A DNA stretch of 63,000 bases, filler included, from Choristocarpus tenellus KU-1152 (Eukaryota; Protista; Phaeophyceae), in the NCBI GenBank assembly GCA_964200185.2. It is 9 parts of 9 records of this genome, joined end to end, with 100 filler letters (N's around TTAATTAATTAA, not from the genome) between each part and the next. Parts side by side here need not be neighbours in the genome. Positions count along the whole stretch, not along the records: positions 13,908 to 43,787 come from CAXNAD020000098.1; positions 43,888 to 48,076 come from CAXNAD020015778.1; positions 48,177 to 51,320 come from CAXNAD020022006.1; 6 more parts are not named here. One strand, 5' to 3'. A program made the position numbers and the translations under genes. The notes below the pieces were generated by a model. The model worked only from the letters and a program-made list of their open reading frames with translations. It ran no database searches and was not told the origin of the DNA. Below, in pieces: positions 37,580-51,420 of this stretch; within the stretch, counting starts at the first letter, position 1, and the number at the start of each line of letters is the position of its first letter.

Positions 37580-40500
37580 TCATGCCCATGGCTGCTGGCA
37601 GATCGGGCACTTGTTCTTGTGGCTGGTGTGAAACCACCTGTAGAGGCATGTTGAATGGAAACTGAAGGAAGAAGCAGGGGTGCGGAAGGTTTTTTGTGGA
37701 TCACTGGGTCAGCTTAATGTATCTCTTGTGGTATTTTGATAACAATAATAATAATACAGAGAAAAACAGGTATACACTGCCCACTTGGAAAAAAGGTGAA
37801 TGAGCCATTTCCACTCAGCACCTCCACACCACTGTTGTAATGATTCTTTTCAGACTCTACGATAATGATGATGCAGATCACCGTTGGAGTTCTACTCATA
37901 CTCGTAAACAAAAACACTGTAGACATTGAACTCTACCCTTTTGTACTTCCAAGTACACACAACAATGGCACTTCCTACAACACAAACTAAGAGAACCACA
38001 TATGTGTACGGTCAGAGCTACTACTGTTCTACACTATTAGTACTGTATAATATGTGAAGACATCGGGACACAGCAAAGTGAATGAGAAGGAAACATGATA
38101 ATGGCAACATGACAGCCACAACACAATGAAAATCAAGGGGAACTACTAGTTTACATTTCACCACTCAGTACTTGAAGAAATAGAATAGTTCAACACTACT
38201 CTTGGTCTTATCTTAATAACTGTCAAAATATCTATATTGTGCAGTTGTTACAACCAACCCCTACCCTTACATACCAGTTCTTGCAGGTCTTGCACACCAT
38301 ATGGGGCAGTGCCATGTGGCGAGGATGCAGTATTCCATAGCAAATCACACACGGTTCAATACCCTCAAACTCCTGTTTAGTTAGTTGTCCATTGGCACAA
38401 AACAAATCAAATACGTATATAGAGATAGAATGTAAGTGACAAGACCTTTGTGGACGTGTATGATACCCCTTCAATAAAGACACACCTACACAGCATATCG
38501 ATTTGACACATCAAAACTACAATAATAATCTAATAATAATCTAATAATTCAACATCTCAGGTACTCCAAAGCAAGCAGCAATCGACTGTATCACACATCA
38601 ACACATTCAACTGATGTCAACGAAACACTAGTTGCAGTCTGTCTTCAACCAATGAGTGTTAACAACGAGGGTAATTAATACCCAGTAATTTCATACATAA
38701 TACAGCACATAAACTACCACCCTCTATTACTTCCAAATATCAACCAGTGTCCCATGTACACCCCACACACCTACAAGATCCACCACACCACAATACCCAA
38801 ATTCTTGGGCACCACAATCAAATAGATGATGTCAAGAGATCTATTTGTTGCCCACTGTTTAGGCTTGTCCAAGCTTCATCCAGCGGCAATTTGATACCTA
38901 TGATGAGATAAATCATTAACTTACACTGTATACCTTGAGTGAAAAGCCCTCTCAATCAATAGTATATTGTCCATACCTCCAAACTCAGCATGGATTAAAA
39001 CTATAAAGAAGTTAGCAACAAGTAGGCTTAGCCATCATTTAGCCATCAATTACCTTGTCAACATTTTTCTTCCATAGCAGCACAGCATTAAGCACAGAGC
39101 CATCCTGCATGGACAGGAGAGTCACAATCTGCAGCACCCATCGTCTCCACCTGATTCAACATTCGCCAAAAGAAACAACATACACTTGACACTCACAAAC
39201 ATACAAATATTTTCAAAACACAAATGGAAAATACCCATTCTCATATATATTGCAATACCCATCTTCACACTACTCCCATGACGAGAATCACACGTATGTG
39301 CATAAAAGCTCTAAGGATGTAACAGATACTGAAGGAGATGGCTTGTTGCTTGTTGCTTGTTACTTGTTGCCCTTTGAAAGCTTTCCTCGGGTACTCTTTT
39401 CTCAATCACCCCTACTGTACCAACTGCATTGCAAGCATGAGTAGGACAAAAAGGAGAGGTAGATGGTACCATTTTTCGTGGTGAGGACACATCAGCACCA
39501 ACATGAAATTGATGCCAACAGCAAGACAGGTATTGCCCATAGTGCCATAGAAAAGATCAATCTAACACCTACAGTTAGAGATACAGCTGCATAGCAAAAC
39601 AGTCACCAGCTAGTAGCAGCCTCCAAAATCACTGTAAATGTCTCCTTCATGGAAGGTCATGCCGCAGAAAAGAATCCACACTTACCATCATCATCATCAG
39701 TAGTATTCATAGTAGTATTTCAAAGTATATTACATTTATTTGGTAAAAAAATATCCTAGAGGACAAGCAAAAAAAATTAGAAAAAAAGCTTGAAAAACCC
39801 CCCCAGTAAATGACAACAAAAAATCAAAGGGAAAAAAAAGTTTACTCCCCAAGACTTGTCACTGAACAGCACCTAGTGGAGAACAAGATATCATTAACAG
39901 TGCCAGAATCACTAACACACTACGGAAAAAGACTTCAAGGTCACATTTGTCCACTTAACACTTTTCAACAATACCGTTAAATTTCATTTAAAAATACTGA
40001 TTTAGTAGGTTAAACAATATACATTACTTGAAATGCACTTTCATACTTATTCTCAGGTACACCCCTTACTTGTTCTCAGGTACACCCATCCGGTGAGTGC
40101 ATGTTACCTCCACACTCCGCAGTGGGTATTCCATTGGCAGCTGGATACAAACCTCAAGGGTGCATTCATCCTTCTTGTAGGCAGCAACCACCTGAAAAAT
40201 ACACCACGCACACACATAAAGCCACATCAATACTAACAAAACCTCTCAGCATGATGCTGTACATGGTATTTGTAGATATGAATACTGAGTGATGTGTATG
40301 TTTTCTGCTTCCCCCACCCTCCTTCTCCTCTACACACCCAGCAACCCTTATAAAAATTATACAATCCAGAATGACCTAGATCCAAATCCAGAAAAAATCT
40401 CATTCTTCCTAAACATGTGCGAAGGATATCCAAAAAGGTTTGGAAGTATAGTGCTGGAGATCACTATTCTCAGCGTCAACAGAGTGCATACACTTGAGTC

Positions 40501-43500
40501 ATCAATGGAAGCAAATACAATGCTTTACCCTAAATAAGGTACACCTCGCCTCAACTCCAAGATTGACTCAAGCGTCACGAAAATCAACTTGCCTGCCTTG
40601 AGACTGCGCTGGCTGTGGCAATCATTTCATCAGAGTCCCACAATCCTCTTTGAGACGCTTGTTCAACCACCTTCACTTCCCTCTGGATTATACCAGGGCT
40701 AACGTGCCTGCAAAGAATGGGGGTTGAAAGAGAGAGGGGCATAAAGAGAGCATGCAGAGGAAGGTATGTGGTATCAGACACTACTACCATGAAGCATGTG
40801 TCCTTGAACCTCGACAAGCCTTCCTGGTCTGTACAACACAGGCGAATAACATGCACAATGCACACGACTTTGAGGTCCTAGGTACAGGTCAACAGGTATA
40901 GGCATCAGGTATAGGCATCAGGTATAGGCCATTCAGTAGCTTAAATTATTTTGGGGGCCCAGTCACTGCTGATAGGTTGGCACTATGATGCTGTTGTCAC
41001 ATCACAGACTGTTGTCAAACTCATGGGTTGGTGAGTACCAACTACAGAATAAAACAGCTCCAAAAAAATATTTACTCCATAAGAATCCAAGCAAGGCACA
41101 GTGAGGAAGTGTCAGCAAAGTGTACTGCACACAATCAATCACTTGTGATAATAATTAACACATATATATCAATAACGTTAGACAATAATCAACACATACA
41201 ATCAATCACATGAGATAATAGACACATACAATCAAAGACTATTGATTACATACGTCAATTGCTCTTTTTCATTTGTAGATTATGGTTTGATTTAATCATC
41301 CCTACAATTTTTAAAACCAACAATGGCATACCGGACATACATACATACTCCTCACCAAATGCCATTTAGGTGAGTAAGTGGTAGGTAAGACAATACTAGT
41401 AAAGATTATCCATCACAAGAAACAGTTGGCCACAAGGTGATCCAGAGTGACAAGATTGAGAGTGACAATTTCCAAACGGCACTTGCAGATCTCAACCACA
41501 AAGGCAAACAGACATCATACATGCAGCAGAACATAAAGCCGGAATGTCAATTGGGATAACATAAACAGAAGTCAAAATATAAAAAAATCATCATCAACAG
41601 GGTATACCTATGGTATATTTACCCCAGACCTCATTACTAGTTTTTATAATTTCTACTGATAGTCGTGTTGGGGCAATGAAATTCACTAGCCCAGGAGTCA
41701 AAGTCAGCTATATATAAGAATTGTGATGATAACAATAGCGGTGATTTTCAATATCATAATAATAGTAACAATAACAGCATTAAAGCCAAACAAGATGAAG
41801 TAGAAAGCTCACAGACTCACCCAATCAACCACACAAACACAAGCAGGATCACAAGTCATCACCACAGTATCTTATCCATCAATATCTGACAATAATCACC
41901 AAACAAACTATATCCAAGGTTAGCTACATCACGAATTATATATTGTAAATGAGTATATTGAAATTGAGTATACCGTGGCATGCATATAAACAAAGAAATA
42001 CATTTATCCCATCTATAAACCTTTAAAGAGCTCTATCTCCACCTTCTCAGACCCCAATCAGACCATACTCTATTGAATACTCTCCATTATAAACTAGAGT
42101 CAGCTGGAGGCACTGGGGACGTCAAAAAGCCTTCAATCAGCATAAAAGATCAAATTAAAGTCTTGGAGTGCCGATTCCTGCTCTCACTTCTGTGTGAAGG
42201 CAGACACCCATGACCTGAGACCCCTGCTGCAATCATCTGACCACCATGACCGAACCAGAGCTGGAAAGGTATGAACAGTCCTGTGTGTATACCACAACAT
42301 TAAAAGATCACAGATGATGAAACAAACACAAGTTGAGCAGAAAAATAATAGCATCTCATTTAAAGGGGCCTTAAAATTGACCCAAGTGCATGTCTCTAAA
42401 AATCACCAACATCAACATCTACCTACACAGCATGTAGCACATAACATGAAGCATATTGTATATTGTATATTGAACATTGTATATACTAAAGCAAACAAGG
42501 TGAAAACAAAAGGAGATGAAAACAATGCAATGACTGTAGTGATTGTAATGACCCCTTCACTGTACACTTGGCCAAACCCCCAACACAGACAGGTGTAACA
42601 GGTATGATCAAACTAATCCTGATTGACTCATATCTCTGAAGAGGTGAGAACAAGGCAACTACAACACAAGCACACCTCAAGACTACACACAAAAAAAATA
42701 AAGAGAAAGTCTGTAGCCCTTGGCTATGACTTCCAAAATATCAAGAGAAAGAGCTACAGCTTACTCAATATCTACCCTAAAGCACACAAACTATATGAAG
42801 CACATTCAATAGATGAACAATAGTTAATTTTGATTCAATAGACACAACAGTTAATAATAAGATTCATCGTAGTTCATAGATCCATAGATGATACAAGGAT
42901 AAAATATCTCAAACAAGTTTGTCAGGAAAAGAGTGCTGCGGTGACTTTATCAATAGCTATCCAGTCCCAAGAAAGGTCATTTCAAAAACAATACTGCATC
43001 ACACTAATATCATACACAGGAAGCAAGAATGTATCAGCAAAAATGCACATTAGACACCGCCTTCCTGTACCTGTAGTACACTAACAGCGCTAGGCGAGCC
43101 AAGTCCATGGGCACAAGAGGGTTCAGGTGAGAAAGTCTCACTGAGCAGGAGGTCCTTGCTGTCAGAGCCTGGCCTAGTGGTGTAGCATGCAGCTATTGAG
43201 ATCACAAACAAAATTAATCATTCACCCAGAAACACACAGACAAGGGTTCAACATGAGCAACAAAATAAAAAAAAATGAGGTAAAAAATGCTCAGAACATA
43301 GTATCGAGGCTTGTTAAAAAACATTGGACATATCATCTCTACCATGTTGACTGCAAACACGAGGTGGACGTCAACGGAAACACTCCCACAGATTCAAATC
43401 AAATCAGATCAAATCAGCTCAAATCAGCTCCACTTGGTAAAAAAACACATCACACATCACATATCACACATCACATATTAACATACACACACACACATTC

Positions 43501-43745
43501 AAAGCAACCAACATGTCAACACAATCAGCAAAAACTGTGATGCAATCAATCACCTGTCCAGATCGCAATACACGGAAGCAAGTCTCCAAAACAGGTCCCA
43601 AACAACCAGCACGGTCCAGGAATGCTGCCATGGCCACTCTCCCCTTCTCCTCTAACTCAGCCACCCTGCAGCAATACTCCACAAAGAGCAACCATGTCAA
43701 AAATGGAGACACAAGTGATGCCCCCTCCAGAACAACAGGCACAGA

Positions 43746-43776
<31 letters not shown>

Positions 43777-43787
43777 CCCTCCCCGTC
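37580..43787 (-). CDS. LTN1: E3 ubiquitin ligase listerin, C-terminal part (RWD + RING)
   Basis: Exons (minus) 43787-43554, 43168-43071, 42280-42188, 40707-40593, 40191-40070, 39150-39054, 38372-38275, 37661-37580. [53 protein letters not shown]...[17 protein letters not shown]...CPICQ match the Ltn1 C-terminus. Confidence 0.95.
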
Positions 43788-43887
43788 NNNNNNNNNNNNN
43801 NNNNNNNNNNNNNNNNNNNNNNNNNNNNNNNTTAATTAATTAANNNNNNNNNNNNNNNNNNNNNNNNNNNNNNNNNNNNNNNNNNNN
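43788..43887. other. Artificial contig spacer
   Basis: N44-TTAATTAATTAA-N44. Confidence 0.98.
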
Positions 43888-44235
43888 GGAGGGTAGGAGA
43901 GGACAGACTTCGGGTTAGGGATAGTGATAGTGATCCTTTGTGTGTTGACAGTTCAATGGACAAATTGGGGGTGATGATCACATATCCCTAGTTTGCGCAG
44001 TGTATTACCCTCTGCTCTGAAGGCCTGTAGAACCTAGTTGTCTTTTGTTAGTGTGAACTAAATACAATAATTATTTAAGGGCTGTTGCATTTCAATTTTA
44101 GACAAAAATAGATAAAAAGAAATGGAAGAAGGCATCCCTCTCAGCGAGATATAGGAACCCCGGTATTTTTTTCTTTTTTGTGTAACTGTTGTCTGTTCAG
44201 TAATCGCGAATAAATCTCAACCTGAAGCCTGCAAT

Positions 44236-44236
<1 letters not shown>

Positions 44237-44285
<49 letters not shown>
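44237..44285. repeat. (CT)n microsatellite
   Basis: Directly visible. Confidence 0.95.
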
Positions 44286-44288
<3 letters not shown>

Positions 44289-44799
44289 TACTCACTCACT
44301 CACTGGATTTGAAGATCAACCTTTTTGGATATATGTGTGTCTGTCTGTGTGTGAGTTTAGGTAGGTAGGATATTTGGTATTCATAGATCGGATAACTACA
44401 CATTTACAGATCTGAAACCACTTAGGGCCTGCAGTTCCTTTCTTTTGATACTATGAAGCACTGGGTACCTCCGGCATTGTGGCAGTGATTGATATCGAGA
44501 AATCTAAAACATTCATGAGTAGAGGCATAATCAGCTCATTTTTCTTGTTTACCGTATGTTATTGTATACAGTGCACAGATCATGGTGTGCGAAGCATCGA
44601 GTGCCGCCAGAATCCGCGAGGAGAGCCCTTGGCGAGCGTACGCACAAAAAACGTAGCCCTCGATTTTTGGGGTTTGATTAATCGCGTTTCAATTGGTCTA
44701 AATTCGCTGCATCAAACCATGGTCCTGTCTACCCCCCCTTTCTTGCGTTATCACCGCTAATGGTGTTGAAACCCGATGGTGCAATGCCTGCCTGGTCAG

Positions 44800-46213
44800 G
44801 GGACTTGGGCCAAGGTGAACATGAACTTTGGAAGTATCTTCTCAACCCTGCTCCCCGGCACCTCTGCCAAGCTCCAGCCACTCGAGGGGCAAACAGTGAT
44901 GGCCGGGCTGGAGGTGAAGGTAAAGTTCGGTGTGTGGAAGGAATCCCTCACCGAGCTCTCTGGGGGGCAGCGGTCTCTGCTGGCACTGTCTCTCATCCTT
45001 TCGCTCCTCCTGTTCAAGCCTGGTGAGATTATTTGTTTTTGTGACAGGTGCAACAGAGCTGCTTGATTTACCCAGCACTATATAATAGTAAACGCCTTTG
45101 AAGTTGTATCAAAGGACACGGGTAAGAAAGAATGCAGTGCTTTAGGAGGGAGAAATATGTGTGTGTGTATTATGTATGTAAGGAGCTGATGTACTCTGGA
45201 CTCCAGTGCTACACACTTGCCTTGTCAAATCACCTTGACCAGACCAAGACGCATTTACTGTTCAGCTGTGATTGTGTTGTGTGTGAAGTGTGCCACTTCT
45301 GTTGTCAGCCTGCCTCCTCTCCTCTCTTCTCTCCCTCCCCTGCCCTGCCCTCTCTCGCTATTTGAGTTGTGAGAATGATACCAAGTACTTCAAGTGTGCT
45401 TTAGTGCCAGATAGTGTGGTAGCGACACAGACGAAACAGTTCACCAGCATGTCTATCGAGACTTCTTGGCCTAATCATTGCCCTTTTCTCGCCTCCTCAG
45501 CTCCAATGTATATTCTTGATGAGGTGGATGCCGCATTGGATCTCAGTCATACACAGGTGAGCAGCAGCAGCCAGGAATAAAAACTCGGGGATTATTTTCG
45601 CTCCTGATCGGATTTTTGAAATATATATACACAATAGTTGAAGTGAACTAACTTGACACACTTCAGCTTCCTGTAGTTGAAGCCTTGGAATTCTCTGCGA
45701 CTAATCCAATATCAATAGCCAAACTTATGGGGGTTTAGGTTTCCTACATCTGATTATCGCTGCTCTTTTGTTTGGTCTCTTATCTCTTGGTGTGTTCCCT
45801 CTCCTATCTGTGTCTAAAACTGTATATTTGTTGTGTTGGAACACTTTTCCAAAATCCCGAATATACGTAAACACTTTTTATATATACATATTTATGTATC
45901 CTTTTTTGTATTTTCCTGATGCACGTGTGGAGACCAGAACATTGGCACCATGCTCAAGACACACTTCAGCCAGAGCCAGTTCATTGTGGTTTCCCTCAAG
46001 GAGGGCATGTTCAATAATGCCAATGTCATATATCGTACCAAGTTTGTTGACGGCGCCAGTACTGTGGGGAGGACGGTGAACCGGTCGCAACCACCTTCTG
46101 GAAGTGATGCACGGCGCTCACCGGCAGTTACAGCAGGGTCTAAGTCAAGGGCTCGCAAGCGAGGGAAGACTGCAGGGAGTGAAGAGAATGAGGCTACCGC
46201 AGCTGTGCCCTAG
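44800..46213 (+). CDS. SMC2: Condensin subunit SMC2, C-terminal ATPase head (last three exons)
   Basis: Exons 44800-45022, 45501-45556, 45938-46213: [75 protein letters not shown]. Confidence 0.97.
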
Positions 46214-47895
46214 ACTCTTAGTAGAGGGCGTAAATTTGTTATGTTGCAATGGTATTTTTTCTTGTTGGGGGCAGTTAAGTAGATTGTTGGTCTTCGTCAG
46301 TTAGGGACAGGGTAGCGCCTCATACATGCATACATACATACATGTATGTGAAGCAGGCCGTTTTGTGGATTACCTATCTTGCTCTTGCAAAAATTGTGTG
46401 ATGTGTCTTTGTTGGTGGGGTGAGTGCTGTCACAGTAGAAATGTTGTAAGAGTAGATACAGTTGATGAGTGCATGCAGGTTTCTGTCCTTTGGCTCATTG
46501 TTTGCTTTAGTTCGGATGTCTGCGTTATGTATTGGTACTCTATGGCACTTGCTCAATTTAATGTGTTGTGGTGTGGTGTGGTGATGGCTGTTGGGGCAGA
46601 GAGGAACTCTGCAGAGGAAGGGAGACACTGTGAGATTTGATGCAATGTATTGTGTCATTATGTGTCCATCGACAAGCTGTGTGTGAAGCGGAAATTACTC
46701 CTCAGCCCGAAATGTACAGGATAACAAGGGTGGGATGCAAGCAGTACATACTAAATAGATGGGTGCTTTGGATGTTGTGGTACATTGTGACTATCACTGG
46801 TAAAAAACACCCCTATGATTGATTCTATAATGGAATCTGTACTCTGTAGTTGCCAGTTCAGCACACCTTGATCGCGGTGCACTTATAAGTATTGATGTAG
46901 GCAGTGGGTGCAATGTGCGTCTGGTATGTTTCAATTACGAAGTGAAGTGCATGTGGTGTATACGTACATGGGGTTGGTACTATAAATAGCACTACTGAGG
47001 CGAACATGAGGATAATACTTCGAACCAAAGATTATTAGCGGCATTTATATTGAGGGTGATGCGTGGAAAAAATGTATGTCATATTTCCAGAATAGTTTTA
47101 CTTCTTTTTTTGTTCAATGCTTACACATGGTCAATCTTGGCATCTTCAGTCGTATGTCACACGTATTCCACTCCAACAAGAATACTATCAATATAGTTTA
47201 CTGATGATGTATGACAACAGTTGCCCACATTATCATCTCATTTTCAACCTGCTCTGCGAGATGTACTGCGGGATTATTTTGGGCCACTATTTTCACCCTC
47301 ATGATGACGTGTTAGGTGACAACACCATATACAATGCCGTAATCAGCACCTTATCCTTCAAAGAACATGTTTTCCGCCATGATTATCCCCAGGACATCAT
47401 CTACACTCAAGGGAGGAACAATTGCGCCCACAAACATACCGTATGTATGTACACATAGCAGATACGAATAGGATTAAATTGTCTCTTCCAGGCCCTTCGA
47501 TCCCTTCCGCTCAGTCACTATCAATCGGCTTAGAAGAGGTTTATCGAAAGCTTGATAGTCCCCTTCCCTCCCTACAGTACCTGAGGTCACCAATGTTCCG
47601 TGCACAGGCAGTGGTTGTATAACTTACTTGTACAAGGGTCGCTTCCCACCGGAGGACAAGCCATCCCAACTCCCCTCACTATGACTATAATGAGTTCTAC
47701 AAGTACGCACTCGGGGGCACCACTCAGCTGAACTCATGATATAATGCTGGTGAAGGCCGAGATCAAACCTATCGAGGATACTTGTTCGTGTTAAGGTTGA
47801 TTGACACTTGTGGTGGGTTGGAAGGAACTTTATTTTTTATTGAGATAGGCATATTCTTAGCTGAAGTCGTATATATTTTTATCTGTGAAGAGGCT

Positions 47896-48076
47896 CAAAG
47901 TATCTGAGGGGGGGGGGTGGCGGCTGTCCATTGGGGGCCAATTTTTTCATGTTGCAATTTTTGTGTGATTTGGTTGCATACGTCGGATGGATACTGCAAG
48001 AGCACGTTCCTGGTTATGGCCCAAATGGTCACCCTGGTGTAGTCCCCCCCCCCAGATTCTTTGGGTCCGATCACCA
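47896..48076 (+). mobile_element. TIR-element end (CAAAGTATCT-G-run family) cut by contig end
   Basis: Matches 11083-11152 over about 65 nt. Confidence 0.7.
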
Positions 48077-48176
48077 NNNNNNNNNNNNNNNNNNNNNNNN
48101 NNNNNNNNNNNNNNNNNNNNTTAATTAATTAANNNNNNNNNNNNNNNNNNNNNNNNNNNNNNNNNNNNNNNNNNNN
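48077..48176. other. Artificial contig spacer
   Basis: N44-TTAATTAATTAA-N44. Confidence 0.98.
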
Positions 48177-48639
48177 CTCATATACACAAAATAAGGTACA
48201 CCTCACTATTGTCCTATTTTGTACACTCGGCAACAAGTCTTTATACTCACAGCTTTTCAACACGCGTAAGCGTCATGAAATACTCTAGTTAGAGGAAGCG
48301 CAGGATAGAACTGGAGTGGCTAGACAGGCAGACCGCACTCCTGGCCTCAGAGGGATACCAGACAAAACTCCCCCAATCTTTGGAAGATAAATTTATGCTG
48401 ACTGGTTTGCCACGACGTGTGCCTTCTTGGGCGCGAGGGGCAACATTTACCGAGCGTTAGAGGACAGGGAAGACCCTCTTCGTGCGGGTGACATCAACTT
48501 CATCAAGGAGAAAGGAGTGAGTGAACAAATAGCTGTGCTGGATTGCTTGGGTGATGACCTCACGATCACAAAGCATTTCCTTCAACATCACGGGAAGGGA
48601 GAGGACGAGACCCGTGATTCAACATGCTGCTCGTTCACA

Positions 48640-49420
48640 ATTTTTTTCCTTGCAAAGCCAGCCTTGTCCTCGTAGCTGCCCACGCCAAGCAACCAACAGC
48701 GTCTCATTGCAAAACATCATCACTAGCACACGGCTGATCCTCTTTATTGTCTATAGTCCTCGAGAGATCACAGGATACCTCTCTTTTCTCTCCCCCATCC
48801 ATACCAAACCTTTGGCAAATACTCTTAGTGTGCTTGGTCTGACTGGTGCTTACTGTCCTTGCAATTCTGTCACACGTTAAATCTCACAACCCACATAATA
48901 CTCGAGATCACCATAATCCGCTGTAGAAAAATGCCCGACAGTCCTGGAGCGAACCCAAATCAAAGCATCGTCTAATCCTGCAACCATAAGGCCATCAATG
49001 TGGGCGACTATTACTGCACAAGCTACGCCATTTTCTGCATAGGGTAGCACGCAGGGATCTGCTCTGCACTGTTCAAAATCACACTGCCCCAAGACATAAA
49101 CCAACGAATTATCTAACTCCCTGCTGGCCTGCTTTGGTGCCATACAGTGCTTTCGATAAGCGCACTATCCTCCCCAACCACCACGGAAACTAATTTCTCC
49201 CTAACTTCTGCTTGTATAAAAGTCTGATACACATCCCAACGCATCAAGCCCCAATCCTTGTTTACAGCTCGGCCTAAAACCGTTCTTAAGGACACAGGTA
49301 ATGGTGTCGGAGCAGAGGTGTGTATCTCGATAATCTAAACCCTCAATCTGACAAAAACATTTTGTTACGTGCATACATTGTTTTTGGAGTGTCTTTGTTC
49401 TGGGTGCAGATTTGTCTAGA
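48640..49420 (-). mobile_element. Decayed Ty1/Copia reverse transcriptase
   Basis: Motifs in Copia order across frameshifts: QIEGLDYRDT, WDVYQTFI, LSKALYGTKQ/KQASRE, ADPCV, AHIDGLMVAG (degenerate YVDD), DYGDLEYYVGCEI, AVGCLAWAATRTR. Confidence 0.85.
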
Positions 49421-51229
49421 AATTCCTCTATGTTGCTCAAGACGCTACTAGTTATTTGTTTGGACTGAGAGATCTCTTAGTTTTGAAGGTTAGTGTTAAA
49501 CTACAAATTCAGAACCATTTTCACTGTGACTTCCTGGGTATTGCACCATGAGACCAGGGCACACGACATTTGCATTGAACGTTCCTGATCTACATTCTTG
49601 GAGGATAATACATGTCGCTACTAGATAACGTGGACATGTGTTGGAACGTATAAATGCTCCTTACCCACCCGCGCAGATGCACACACGCCACCCCCGGTCT
49701 CTACCTATGTATACGTTCCTATTCCCTCTATATCGTCAGGTTCCCGCCATTCATGCCCTCGACCGACATGCTCTCAATAGCAGGATATACAACACAAAGA
49801 GAGAGGGAGGTATTGCTTGGATTTAAGGGAGTGAGATTGGGTGCTATACAGAGGTTCTGAGTAAATTGGTTGTCGAATTGGTGAAGGAATAAGGGTGAAA
49901 TGAGATTTGAAGTTGAAGCCTATCTAACGGAAGGAACTTTGTCAATCAGCCATTTAAAGAATAGGATCACCTGAAGTTAGCACTCCTCCTATCAGTTGGA
50001 GCTTTGAAGCCCACTCGGCCAGTGACCTATAGGATGATGGCACTTCTGCTTGACAAATTTTCAGTTGCAACATAATGGACGGTGAAAGGGCATATCACGG
50101 TATATATGTATGGATATACATTGAACTCCACAAAAGGATCCTGTAGGAAATGGCACATGCCTTTTACAACTATCAATATCAATATTCCATATTGATTCAT
50201 TTAGCATAAATAGCGTTGAATTTACAATATTGGACAAATTTTGGTTCAGATTGGGTAGGAAGTGTGTGTGTGTGTGTGTGTGTGTTGAAAGGGCTTAATT
50301 CAGGATAAGTGATCACCATTGCCACATTGATATACAAACACATAAAACTATGATTGATTTTAGTAAAACACCTATTGCTTCTATATTGAAATTATAAATA
50401 CTTATATATTATTGTGCACAAGGACGACAAGAAAAACCAACTAAACAGGTAAGTAAGGGAGAGTATATCGATTGGGGGGATTCAAGAATCGCTCTTTAAT
50501 CACTCTCAATAATCGGGAAAATGCAGGAGAGGAATACGTATTGTATTGAGGAAACTTACGTAGACCAGTAATTCATCATGCAACGTATTGCATGTTAAGG
50601 AAAAGGTGAACTCGCAGTATTTTTTCCGGACTAAATTACCCTCAAATGTTAGTATTATTTTGTGGTGGACTAATAAATAATAGTGGGTGCAGGACTCGTC
50701 CTTCAGTAATGACCAGTCCTTGTATAAAAATTTCGCCTACTGAAGTTGTGGGAGAAATAAATCACATCACACACATTAGTACAAAATAGTTCCATGGTTT
50801 AAGAATCGTAGGATTACGAGGATATTGCGGGGGAGATTGCAGGAGCTCTATACCTATAACAGTACTAATTATACAGAGAATTTAGGCGACATGGACTACT
50901 GAGGATGTCAAGAATGACCTATTTGGGGGAGTTAATTGAACCAGGCGATAGCAATAATGGGGGAATTGTTAGTTAGCGAAAGCAAACTGGGTAGGTTATC
51001 TATATTGATATCCTAGGACTGGTGAAATGCAAAGGTTATGCTTGACCATCCCCTTCAACCAGTGCTTGTCATCAACAGTGTTACAAAGAAAAGAAAAAGT
51101 GCGACCTTCTCTATCTTCTATTCCACACCATTGGCTCGCACTTCGTGAAAAGATAAAAACTGGGGCACCCTATTACTTTTTTCTCGACTCTTGCTTCATA
51201 TTCTGTGGTGTCTACATTAGTTTGTGACC

Positions 51230-51320
51230 CAAAGTATCTAGGGGGGGGGGGGGGGGGGGCCCCACCAGAGTGTCCTTTTGGACAAAAACCAGAAAGAGGG
51301 GGGTTTTATTTTTTATACAA
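51230..51320 (+). mobile_element. TIR-element end (CAAAGTATCT-G-run family) cut by contig end
   Basis: CAAAGTATCTA followed by a long G-run and GTCCTTTTGG. Confidence 0.55.
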
Positions 51321-51420
51321 NNNNNNNNNNNNNNNNNNNNNNNNNNNNNNNNNNNNNNNNNNNNTTAATTAATTAANNNNNNNNNNNNNNNNNNNNNNNN
51401 NNNNNNNNNNNNNNNNNNNN
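51321..51420. other. Artificial contig spacer
   Basis: N44-TTAATTAATTAA-N44. Confidence 0.98.
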
